Assembly: GCF_963676685.1 (NCBI RefSeq)
Contig: NC_092351.1
Location: 36,208,001 to 36,272,000 of the forward strand
Direction: 5' to 3'
Source: Mytilus edulis
Taxonomy: Eukaryota
DNA: 64,000 nucleotides
This document shows, piece after piece, positions 24,501-36,000 of this stretch. Within the stretch, counting starts at the first letter, position 1, and each line of letters opens with the position of its first letter. The position numbers were made by a program, and so were the translations under genes. A model generated the notes under the pieces. That model was not told where the DNA came from and did not search any database. It saw only the letters and a list, made by a program, of their open reading frames with translations.

Positions 24501-25174
24501 ACCTTTTCAGATTCCCTGTTGCTGTTGTCTTAGTCATACCCTTATCATCTTGTCCGTATGTTATTTGCTGTCTTATTATTTTGATAATAATAATTTGTTC
24601 TTTAAGAAAAGTTGATGAATACCTTTTCACTGGGGGACTCCCAATTAGTCTTTTTACATGTCAATATGTAAGAATAATAAATCATTGCATTGTATTCCTA
24701 TATATGTTGGCAATCGCCAGCATTGGTATTCAAGGAGTCATTCGTATACCGGTTTTTCAAGTCTCAAATTATCACTGTTTTGCTATTTATATATACACAA
24801 GTTTATCATGGTATAGACCACAGAAAGATAACTTAATCATCTGTAGAAATATGGCCACTACCTATAATACTGCTGTTGAAAGAGATATCATAAAATCACA
24901 TGAAAAGGAATTGCTTAGTTCATGGTTATCAATTTTTCACTCATCAGTATTATTTTCAATGCTCACGCTCCATGCGATTTGTTTAGTACCAGTTATATGT
25001 GTATGCATTTTTGATGTACATATTTGTTTATGTATCACATTTATTACCCTTTATTTGCATTGTCTCTTGCTTTATTTCACTATTGACCTTCGATATGTTA
25101 TCAAAGAGCTTTTCAGTGGTCCGTTAGAAAAGTACATACTTCTCAATGAAACAGATAAAACTAAAATTCCCTAA
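21597..25174 (+). CDS. Uncharacterised ~931-aa protein: two tandem permuted papain-like (PPPDE/LRAT-like) domains, 3 C2H2 zinc fingers, multipass membrane region
   Basis: Model: exon 21597-21605 (ATG GAT CAG|GTAAAT), exon 22159-23122 (TTCTAG acceptor, open frame upstream of the 22270 ATG, phase-1 donor TCAG|GTTTGC), exon 23352-25174 (TTTCAG acceptor, phase 1, in frame with the 604-aa ORF). Total 2796 nt with no internal stop. Confidence 0.7.
22159..23139 (+). CDS. Permuted papain-like peptidase domain with C2H2 zinc fingers (exon 2; the 289-aa ORF extended upstream)
   Basis: GGHHAVIL (His 22381-86)...KLELIV (Glu 22435)...YWVYCWNCQDFATWFL (Cys 22828). Fingers: CLNEECNF..LANHHFLEH, CCGHAF..YCQHQYTNH, CGESGC..LIRHTKVAH. 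Confidence 0.85.
   Translation: MTQTTETVNSLTSTPKACPDNIAKFWKNTTGDLQALGMHLDDPITVTFGIKKFPVIDTQISNPVQAAANNLGGGHHAVILKLEDKDKCAFKLELIVDEDVCSVKKNFKCLNEECNFQTFFFSKLANHHFLEHVGPEGENIHYECCGHAFRNFQSYCQHQYTNHSTKGEIQLKFDHIRENNFENFLDHVQYFGAYKKSTTLRQVMQCAVDIILNFGRYWVYCWNCQDFATWFLVQVGVPLRNVDPTLADKLTGSGTKINARSIQQSKESYLYKTHNELEMHDLTDWKGGTICGESGCKFLPPMSLEALIRHTKVAHNDDTISGLQAV
23352..25174 (+). CDS. Second divergent permuted papain-like domain plus roughly 8-10 predicted TM helices (exon 3; the 604-aa ORF)
   Basis: ICSHTSIVF (His 23483)...HTAEMV (Glu 23561)...LRYICD...FKYSSDESCMAFFVNLL (Cys 23732), then long hydrophobic segments from about residue 243 to 575. A 1.8-kb open frame in AT-rich DNA. Confidence 0.85.
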
Positions 25175-28100
25175 CCCAGTGTATTGAAAAATCTTATTCC
25201 AGAAATTGAAATTGCAAGCAAGAAAATTTTTTATAAAGTTAATGGATGATGCAAGTTTAATAGTACGAATATGAATGAATAGCAAAGTCAGACCCTGAAA
25301 ATGATGAATTTTCATTCCATTTTGTTAAAATTTCTGTAACAACAGCCAAAAGTTTTCTATAAAAGATTCAATACTATTTTTATGATATTAGCATAACAAA
25401 TCTCATTAAATTACATTCGAACTATCTATTTAAAACATGTATGTATTTATCCTGTAAGGTGTATTTATACGATGTGAATGAAGCAGTTTTCAGAAAGAAA
25501 ACAAAATCAAGAATGACTGGATTGCTCAACACGTATTGTGAGTTTATATAATAAAGTATTAATCATTACGTGTTTTTTTATGAATGGTACATAATTTTGT
25601 GTAACACACATTTTTGCTAACTACTCGACATACAGTGATGCAAGACCTATATATATGTATAAACTTATGCACTGCTGAAGCCCGTGCAATTTCCCCGACA
25701 ATATTGAGCATAAACCTGAACGTGAGGCGTAAGCTACGATCTTAATAACCTTGACCCTTTTTTGAACTAGTTTTCAAGTATTGAAAGGATTGAGTAGACT
25801 AACATTAACGGTACTCATATTAATGCACCAGATGCGCATTTCAACACTTAATACCTCTTCCGTGATGCTCAAGAACCAAGTTCTTTTAAAAATCAAAGAA
25901 ATCGTAGATCAAAAAAAGAAGCTGTGGTATGATTGCTAATGAGAAAACTCTCCACAAGAGACCAAATGACAAAGAAATTAACAAGTGAAGGTCACTGAGC
26001 AAAGCACATACCGCGTAGTCAGCTACAAAAGGCCCCGAAATGACAAATGTAAACGCACATTACCAAAAAAGACAAAAATGTAAAGCCAAAGTCGGAAAAG
26101 AAATCAGAGCTTTGCATTAGGATGATATGTTCCTTCACTTTAAATAACTTCTAATCATATGTAACAGCAAATTTTAATATCAGAAAATCCGTATTTTCAT
26201 GCCAGTACCAAAGTACTGCCTCCTGTGCTGGTGATACCCTCGGGGACTAACATCAGAATACGTTTGTTATCAATAATATTTGTATATTAAATATGCGAAT
26301 CAAGCACAGCTATATATGTGCCATTTAATATTTCAGTGGCTCTCATATTTGATTTTTTAAGTTACCAAAAAAAACAAACATGTAGAGATAAACCATGATC
26401 TGCATTACCTTTTGAAACACCTGTGATCATCGCAGGTTTTTGTTGGGGTTCGTGTTGTTCATCATCTAGTTTTCTATGTTTATTGTTGATGGTCTTTTCG
26501 TATTTTTCTTTTTGTTGTTCATTGGATTGTCAGATTTTTTCGACTGATGAGTGTGAATGATTCTTTGGTATATTCTGCATCTCTTTCAGATGTCAGATAA
26601 CAACAAAGTAAATGATAAAACACTAGAAAAAGGCTAAAGTAGTTTACCAATGTTTTTATTGAAACCTTCAACCAGAAAAATAAATCTAGGTCACACACTG
26701 ACTGAGGGAATTGCATTACCTATAAAAGTACGAGACCATTTCCGTTGACAGGGTTAGTGTCTCCTCTTTTGTATGCACCCCACCATGCTTATACACACTC
26801 AGTAAAAATGACACAATCACGAATAGGACACAGCCAGCAAAATTACAAATCAGAAAGATACTGCGCTTGTGAGTTGATATGTGGTCGGAAACCGGAAAAT
26901 TTTTGAAGTGTCCATCTCCTCGTGGTGTGACGTTTTGTATCAGCATCACTTACACATGCTACGTGACAATTAAGTCTAAGTAGGGTAAACATGAAACAGA
27001 AGCGTATCAATTGAAATACATATACGCTATACGATAGTGCTGATGGAATGTCACTGTTGAAAAAATGAAAATAATTTATTAACAATAATATCGAACAATT
27101 CAAGAAACGGCAAGTCAATAAAACATTAAAGATTTAAAACACCGGACTACAACAGCCAACTGAACAGCTGAGACAAAATAAAATCCTTCATAAATGACCA
27201 TATTCTGGTTTTATTGCAGCTCAACTATTATATGTATTTATTTAACTTACATGTAAATACCATTGCAATACACATGTACTTATGTAATCTGGCACTATTC
27301 ATCTTTCAAATTATTACTGTCTTATATGAATAATTATAAAGATAAACTTGGCTAATATATAATTAATCCATAATTTCTTAAAAAAAACCAAACGTAAACT
27401 AGAAACATATAGAAATTGATAACAGTTTATAGGATAAGGCAATAGTAATATACCGCTGTTTAATAGTCATAGATAGAGTTAACTGAAACTAATTCGAGTC
27501 ACAAACCAAAAGTGAGAAATTACATTAACTATAAATCTTCTCAATTTCGAATGAGCTTTGTTGTTCAGATAATCTTGTTCTTTTTAACAATATAATTTCA
27601 CTAAAATAATGACATTAATGTTTATCCGATGTTTTATTATAATTTTGTAAACAAATACCAATATCCTGTTTATCTGCCTGAAGATTCCCTGAAATTCGGG
27701 TACTTATAAAACGCGGACCTTCATTGAGACATAATAAAATATGACACTAAAAAGAAAACATGCGTCAAAATCATATTAGTCGTAGATTATAGTTTGAAGT
27801 GTTTTGGCCTATGTGAGATTACTGAAATAGGGACAATTGAGTGAATAGATATCATAATCATAAATATATCAAAAAGAGAAATAAAAAACTTTGCATAATG
27901 TATCTCAAATCAAATCGGCAAGTAGTGGCGATCAAAGAATAACTTCTGTTTGTTGAAATATCAATCTACAAGACTTCACATCTATGCTGTTGATCAATTG
28001 ATTGATTGATTGTTGGTTGGTTGACGTCCAGTGTGTTGTTGATCAATAAGTCAAACATGTTGGCGGTGTCATGTTCGATGTATCAATGCGGATCAAGAAA

Positions 28101-29020
28101 AGTATTGCTTTTTCTTTCTTTAAGTTTTCAATTGACCTTATAAATGCTTCCGTAAAAACCACTCTGTATAATAACTGCGTCCAAAATGTCTTGAAATATT
28201 GCATATACATAAATTGAACAAAATTCTAACAGTCATGTTTAAGTTGTAAAACACACAGTTTCAACAAAGACAACATGGCATGTTCTATATCGGGACGAAT
28301 AAAAAAAAAAGATATGCCATCAACATACATTCTACAAATGACAAAAATATAGGATATGACATTATATATATTCTTCGCATAAAACTTATAAAGACTAAGT
28401 GTTGTTTTCAATTTTTTGTAGCAATTGATCTATATTGCTGCTGGTATTTCCAACGTACTTTCAAGTCATTTACATACAGCTAGGTAAAGAATAGCGTTGC
28501 ATGACGATAATGTTTTGAGCAATGTCAATGACATCGTCATACATGTCAGTAATTATAAACAAGAATGTATCTTCCGTTCAAATAAATAAATCAGAAAATT
28601 GATAATAACCTCTGAATATTTCAATTCCAATCGTTTTCAAATATTAGTCAGACAGTTAAATTTTTCCAACTCTATTAAGCAAACGACAAAATTGAAGGGC
28701 ACAACTACTAAATATGTTTGCTTCATTACTTGCATTTCAAAAGACAGCTGGGCTTACAGAAATCTATTTTTACCGCTACGTTACATTTTCATGGAAAATC
28801 CATAGATGTATTTGTTTGAACATTTATTAAAACGTATAAATAGCTAATGATATAAATAAACTCGTCATAGATACGAGGATTGAAAATTTGTATATGCGCC
28901 AGACGCGCTTCGTCTATAAAAGACTCGTACATATTGTTATGGTACAATGTTTTAGTAATAAAACTATAACGTTCATAGACAGTATATCCTTTTTTATTAA
29001 TTATTAATATCATACAAACG

Positions 29021-31096
29021 TATTAAAAGTCTTAATTATTAAATCCTTTGTACTGTCCGTCATTGGATACGAAATTGAAATGAGAGGTATCCCGGATATA
29101 TACGAAAAACAAATAAATATTATTATATGGTCCTTTATATGGGATGGGAAAACAAACCAAGTCGCTAGAACAGTGTGCTGTTTACCGAAAGAAAAAGGGG
29201 GGATAGGAATGATAAACTTAAGGGACTTTATTAAATCAAAACAAGTGAAAAGTATGTACAGTATTGTCAACTCAAAAACACAAAAATGGAATGCAATAGG
29301 AAAATACTGGTTAACGTCACTAGACGAAAAATATGATACAGACTATTTTATATGTTCTTGTTCGGACACTACATGTTTTAAGCAAATACAAATGTCCAAA
29401 TATTATAAAGAACTTTTAATTTCCTGGACTGACTTACAGAAAATCCAAAAATCGGTCACGAAAGAGGACCTTTTAGAAGAAAATATTTTCGGCAATTGTA
29501 AATTGAAGTTCAAGGGACATGCATTATATTATGCAAATTTTGCCTCCAGTGGAATAAAAAAAATTAAAGATATATGGGACTTAAACAATAAATCCTTTAA
29601 AACATCCCTTGATATTTTTAACAGTCTTAAAGATAAAAGGAATTGGATTGCACAATATAGCCGCATTAAATCTTCGTTAACACCTCAACAAATTGACGTT
29701 TTAAAAACAGACTCTAGTATACATAGTAATTCTGATGGACCTATAAAATTAATAAATTCTTGTCAATTTATAAAAAATGGAGTTGTCGTTGATGCCAAAA
29801 AATTATGCCTTAAAAATATTAGATACTTTTATGAGAATAAAACAGCTCCAATTAGTCAGTTGAAGTGGAATTTACATTTTGGGAATGAACTACCATGGGA
29901 TTACATTTGGGAAACTTTGAATAAGAATTTAGCTAACAGGAAAATTAAACAATTTCAATGGAAGTTACTACATAATATAATTTACACTGAAGAAAAGTTA
30001 CAAAAAATGAATCGCTCAAACGGGAAGTGTCACTTTTGCAATGAAAAAGAATCACTATTTCATCTTTTTATTTATTGTAAACTGGTGGAAGACGTTTGGC
30101 GGGAAATTTTTGAGAAAATAAGGGAATTTTGTTACAAATTAAATATCCAAAAATTACAAAAATCGGAAACAAGTATAATTTTTGGGGTCATTAATGCAGA
30201 TGCATCTTATACCCAAATTTTAGATACGGTGCTTTTAATCACGAAATGGGTTATCTGGAAAACTAGAAATATCGCAAAATATCAAAAGAAAGGGATAAGT
30301 AAATTGGTGATTTTAAATATGATAAAACATGAAATGCAATTTCTGCTCAAATATTTTAAACCGAATACGAAAATCGAAGCCTTTTCTACTATGTGTGACA
30401 TTTTTTGTATATAAATATATATTTTGCATGGTCAGGTCAGTTCAATGACCTCTTTGATACTGATTGAATAATAATATGTACACTGCTCGCAACTCCCTAC
30501 ATGTAATTTCTGTTGTGTATATATTCATGTATATCATCTAATTGTAACAAGACATGTTGTATCAACAGGTTCATATTATAAACAAATATTTACTCACCAT
30601 ATCTTTGATATTAATCCTTATTGGGAATCAAAATCATTAATCCATTTTTTTTATGAATGAACTACACATCCCTTTAACAAATCGCACGTGGTAAATGATT
30701 ACTCGACCAGAAATTTAATGTAATCGAAATTAACATAGCAAAAGACTTGATGTACGATAAAATTGAAACTGCTTAATAAATACAGGTAGCCTTTGTGAGA
30801 AATAAATGAAGATAAAAAACAAACTTTATTCAAATAATTATATATGGTGAGATGTATAGATATATAGATCGATATTGATTGCAGGTACATGTACATTTGT
30901 ACAAGGATAGATAATATTTATAAAGGTTGATGTTAATAATTTATAGTGGGAGTTTTTTTCTCATTTGCTTTTCCCCGACAAATGAGACTGTAAAAAATGG
31001 GGCCCCTTTAGTTGCTTCCCTGGGCAACTGAGGGTTGATGTAACAGGTGATTGTTAATAAAATATGTTTAATATTAAAAAAAAAAAAAAAAAAAAA
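29021..31096 (+). mobile_element. 5'-truncated L1/Tx1-clade non-LTR retrotransposon
   Basis: TSD AATATCATACAAACG (29006-29020 and 31097-31111), poly(A) tail at ~31076-31098, ~660-bp 3' UTR, ORF2 C-terminus open up to the truncation point. Confidence 0.93.
29080..30414 (+). CDS. LINE ORF2 C-terminal part (post-RT region plus zf-RVT zinc knuckle)
   Basis: FIWDGK...LPKEKGGIGMINL, FQWKLLHNII, CHFCNEKESLFHLFIYC, IWKTRN: standard L1/Tx1 ORF2 C-terminal motifs. Confidence 0.92.
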   Translation: MRGIPDIYEKQINIIIWSFIWDGKTNQVARTVCCLPKEKGGIGMINLRDFIKSKQVKSMYSIVNSKTQKWNAIGKYWLTSLDEKYDTDYFICSCSDTTCFKQIQMSKYYKELLISWTDLQKIQKSVTKEDLLEENIFGNCKLKFKGHALYYANFASSGIKKIKDIWDLNNKSFKTSLDIFNSLKDKRNWIAQYSRIKSSLTPQQIDVLKTDSSIHSNSDGPIKLINSCQFIKNGVVVDAKKLCLKNIRYFYENKTAPISQLKWNLHFGNELPWDYIWETLNKNLANRKIKQFQWKLLHNIIYTEEKLQKMNRSNGKCHFCNEKESLFHLFIYCKLVEDVWREIFEKIREFCYKLNIQKLQKSETSIIFGVINADASYTQILDTVLLITKWVIWKTRNIAKYQKKGISKLVILNMIKHEMQFLLKYFKPNTKIEAFSTMCDIFCI

Positions 31097-33039
31097 AATA
31101 TCATACAAACGACAAATGAATACCTTTAAAGAGAAGTCTATATTTTACTATCTTTTCACTTTTTAAGGAAGAAAACATATTATTAGTAAGGGAATTTATT
31201 ACGTTGGTCAACAAACAATTATACATATGGTTGACCATAGCCATTATAATTGTTAAATAAAGGTATATATAAAAAAATATCTGTCAAGTTTTCAGCATCT
31301 TATTTACGTTGATGAAAAAAACTAACATTCCGCGCAATATTAAATGCATATATTTGCATAAATCACTATATGTGTTTATTAAAATCAATGCAGCTATTGT
31401 AAATTTTATATAGATGAACATATAAAATCATTGTGTGCCTATATTTTTGAGATTATTCAAGAGGAAAATAAACGATTAAGAAATATTATACAACCAATAT
31501 TTCAAACATAGACATAATTGCAAAGTCTGTTTATTCTACATATAATTTTGCATCTACAAAACAGCATACACATGTATGCAGATAACGTTCATTTATTTCC
31601 GATCGTATTGAGATAGCATTTAAATGATATAAATAATGACTCAACAACAAAACCCTTTCATCTGACTTTGTCATATTTTTATCGTTGGGGAAGTGTGGTT
31701 TTACATGGTGAAAGTTATGTAGGTCAATACAGATTTGCGGAAGTAAGACATATATATGGTAAGAACGAATAGATTAAGACAACATTAGAATATACTCTAT
31801 TGATATCTCACCCTAAACCATATATTATGATTATTTTGGTGAAAACAACCCAAACTGAAAAACAAGGATGTTATATATATATATATATATACCTGTTTTA
31901 TCAATGTAGGTCATATATAATCATATAAATCAATTTTGATGGATTTGGATTTTCCTGCATGTTCATCCGTATTTTTGTTTACATTTTTACCTATTATGTC
32001 TATTTGTTTTTTTTCACACATCGTTGTCAATATAGAGGAATGTCATGCAAGTGAGAGTGAGAGGTTTAGCTCGCTATAACACCAATTTTAATTCGTCATT
32101 TTCAACATAAGAAAATTCCTGTACTATGTCAGGAATATGGCTTTATCATTTATTATCTTTTGATATTTCCATTTGACTACCGACTTTCCGTTCTGAATAT
32201 TTCTCGGAGCTCGGAATTTCTGTTATTTCACCTTGTAGTGCCAAATATTTAGACAAATTTTATCAGTATGTTTTAAAAGAAGAGACGTAGGAGTTCTAGA
32301 ACCAAATTATGAACACTATCACAATTCCCTTGACAGTTAATTACGGTTCAAGCACAATCACATCCACGTGTTAAGGGAATTTTCGGTTTGAATTTTCCTC
32401 GGAGTTCAGTATTTTTGTGATTTTACTTTTTTCTGTCTAAGGGAAGGTCAACTGTACATAAATATGAATATTCTACTTCCCTATTGACAGAAACAATTAC
32501 ATGTTGGTGCGAGTCGTCGATGGTGATGAATCTCATTGTATATTCATAATTGCTCTTCTATCGTGAAGTATATTGTAATAAAACAGACTGATAATCTGTC
32601 AAAATGTGAAGTAAATTCAACTGTATTGGTAGGTTTTGTTTGCACATTTTTTATAAGCCATGTAATGTTTGCCACAGCAATCATTCGCAATCACTTTTGT
32701 TTTAGTTGAAACCTTATTCCTAATATAAAATCATTACACAATTTAGCATCTACAAAGTTTCAATATGGATGTAAATCTATGTTTATAGTTGCAAGTACTG
32801 ATAGTTTGCCAGTATAGAAAACTTAAACCGTTAGTATTGATATAAACCCAACTACTGACTCATAAACTTTACAAAAAGGCATTACAACATTTTTTTGCAG
32901 TTTCTAAGTTATTGGTATAATAACCCAGTCGGTCCTAGTTAACACATACTTTAACGCTTACTTCTAGTGTTTAATATCATTTAAAAAAAACAGAAACATT
33001 TCAGGTTGTGCCCATGTCATTCAATGAAAAGAGTTAAAT

Positions 33040-36000
33040 ATGAATATCTCGAAACCCACCAAGTTCCAGCACAACATACATGCAACCTTCGACCCACATA
33101 TTGGAGATGTTGTTCTTTGTAAATCTAAATCCATAATGACAGATGTAAAAGAAATGAATATATCGGGACCAACTGAGTTCAAACACAATATCCATGCAAA
33201 GTGTGACCCAAGAACTGGGAAGGTTGTTATGTTTTCACCGACAGTAGAATCATCGTAAGTAATCTATAGTGGTTAAATTGTTCATTGATATACTGTTACA
33301 GCAGATTCCATTGAGTGTGTAGCGAAAGGTAAGATCTTTGGTTAGCTCGCTTGTTAGCTGAGCCGTGAAGTCATTATAAGGTCAGGTATACTACCCTCCT
33401 TTCGAAGTATCATAGTCCAACAGACAGATCGATGGGTTTTCTGTTGGACTAGTCTATTCTTAAAGTAGGGTAGTTTACCTGAACTAACAATGACTTCACG
33501 GTTCAGCTAACAAGCAAGCTATCCAAAGATATTACCTTTGGCTACACACTCAATGGAATCCACTGTAAACTCGTCTAAAAGAGGGACGAAAGATACCAGA
33601 GGGAAAGTCAAACTCATAAATTGAAAATAAACTGACAACGCCATGGCTAAATATTAAAAGGACAAACAGACAAACAACAGTACACATGACACAACATAGA
33701 AACCTAAAGAAGAAACAACACGAACCCCACCAAAAACTAAGGGTGATCTAAGGTGCTCTGGAAGGTTTAGCATTTTTTTTTAAGTGTTTAAGTAAAATGA
33801 TATTTTCAAAACTGACATAAACGTAGCATGCAGATTTCAGTGTGCAGATTCCTCGTTTAAATGTGTTTTAAAAAACTGTTCAGTACCAACCCAAAATATA
33901 TTGCTGTATAGTTTTAAACACTTATGGTCCTACATCCTCATATTTCAATTTAATGATTGCACTTTTTGAGCTAAAAATTGTGTCTTTTTTGTTTTTGTTA
34001 TTTGTTGGGTACTTTATAGTACCAATTTGATACATCAAGTCCCTTTCATCTTATTTTAATCGTTTGATCTTAAGTTTTGTTTTAATACCACTGGTATATG
34101 TAAAAAGTGTAGAACTCCAGACATACTTAATCCTGCCACATTCTTCTTGTCTGTCAAAACAAACAAAAGACTATCATTACACGAACAACCGAAAGACACA
34201 ACTAATACAATGATTCGAATTAATCCTATTTAATACGTTTAGGTATAACCTGACATATCACATGTCCAAAATGGTGTAGGTTTCAACCAGTTTTACCTGC
34301 AAAAGACCCTCTTCTGTTTATCTTGACCTTTGTCGTAACACCCATATAATTAAAACTAGCACGTACAAGATACCAACACGATGACCAATAACAGTAACAA
34401 TTGGAAGCTAGTGTAAATAGGAAAGTTGTAGGTTGAACACTGTCGCTGTGGGCATTTTGTATGCAACGTCCCCAACAGGTTTTGATGACGTATAAAATAT
34501 TGATATGCGGTGCACGTATGTACATGCTGTAAGCATGGAATACTGTATATATGGAAACCTTAAATAATGTTGCTTTTGCTATTATCATAACACCTCTTTT
34601 TAAGGAAAAACCAGGATGACGAAAGTTATGACTGCAACAATTGCAATGAACTGTATTACCAGTGGAAGAGGGATCAAGTCAAAATCAAGTACCTTTTATT
34701 AAGATTATATAAATTGTATCGTCAACTTTCTGTTTGATCTAGAATATAACTTATTGTACGCAATATAGACATTTTAATAGCATCAAACTATTGCGTGTAC
34801 GTCACAATTATAGAGGGTTAGGATACATTTTTTTTAATTTAAAACAAACTAACTATGTCATGGTTAAAAAAGACAAACGATAAAAAGACAAACAACAGTA
34901 CACAAAAACAACATAGAACAAAATACTAAAGACTGAGCAGCATATATCCTGCACAAATAACTGTGGGGTGATATCAGATACCCCGAAAGGGTGCGCTGCT
35001 CCATATGCATCATCCGTCTTATTACTCCTATTAAATAAACTCCACATAGATACAAGGATTAAATTTTATATTTGAGCTAGACGCGCGTTAAAGTTATATA
35101 AAGTGTGCCTGTTTCATACAATAGGGATTGGTAAATGTCTCATATATTATTATATTAGTAAAACATCTCCAAATTTATAAACCCTCGGTTTTGTAAATTT
35201 TCTTACCCTGAAACCTGACCGTATAAGAAAATTTGTATTAGAGACAAATGACAAAGGAAAGACAAGACTGTTACCATTAAAAACAAAACATGCAGTGAAA
35301 AATCTAAAAGAATGAAGAACAGCACTTCAAACTTGATCAATAACAAAACAGATCCACCTCAACAACGTGTTGATCATGTAAAATCTGATATTTAATGAAA
35401 TCTGCAAATTTCTAGAGTAGTACATAATTTCTCTATTTTTTGTACGTACAGAAAAAAAACTCATCATAGATACCAGGATTGAAATTTTGTATTTGCGTCA
35501 GACGAAAGACAAAGGACTCACCAGTGACGCTCGAATCAAGACAAAGTTAGAAAGGCCAAATAAAGTGTGAAGTTAAAAAGCATTAATTGTTTGTCAAATA
35601 CAGCAAAGGTAAATAAAGGCAACAGTAGTATACCGCTGTTCAAAACTCATAAATCCATGGACAAAAAACAAAATCGGGATAACAAACTAAAACCGAGGGA
35701 AACGCATTAAATATAAGAGGAGAACAACGACATAACACTAAAATGTAACACACATAGACAAAATCCCACGAGAATAACAAATATAACATATATATATATA
35801 ACATCAAAACCAAATACATGAATTTGGGATAGACAAGTACCGTGACACGTCTTATCGCAATGTGAATTTACACTAAAAAAAAGAGAAAACAAACGACACA
35901 ACGTTATAATGTAATACACACAGAAACGAACTATAATATAACAATGACCATATTCCTGACTTGGTACAGGGCATTTTTAAAGGGAAAAATGGTGGGTTGA

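Noticed and set aside
28060-28560. Hydrophobic, coding-looking minus-strand fragments
   Set aside because: Multiple stops, and I could not align them to any gene in the window or to a known family.
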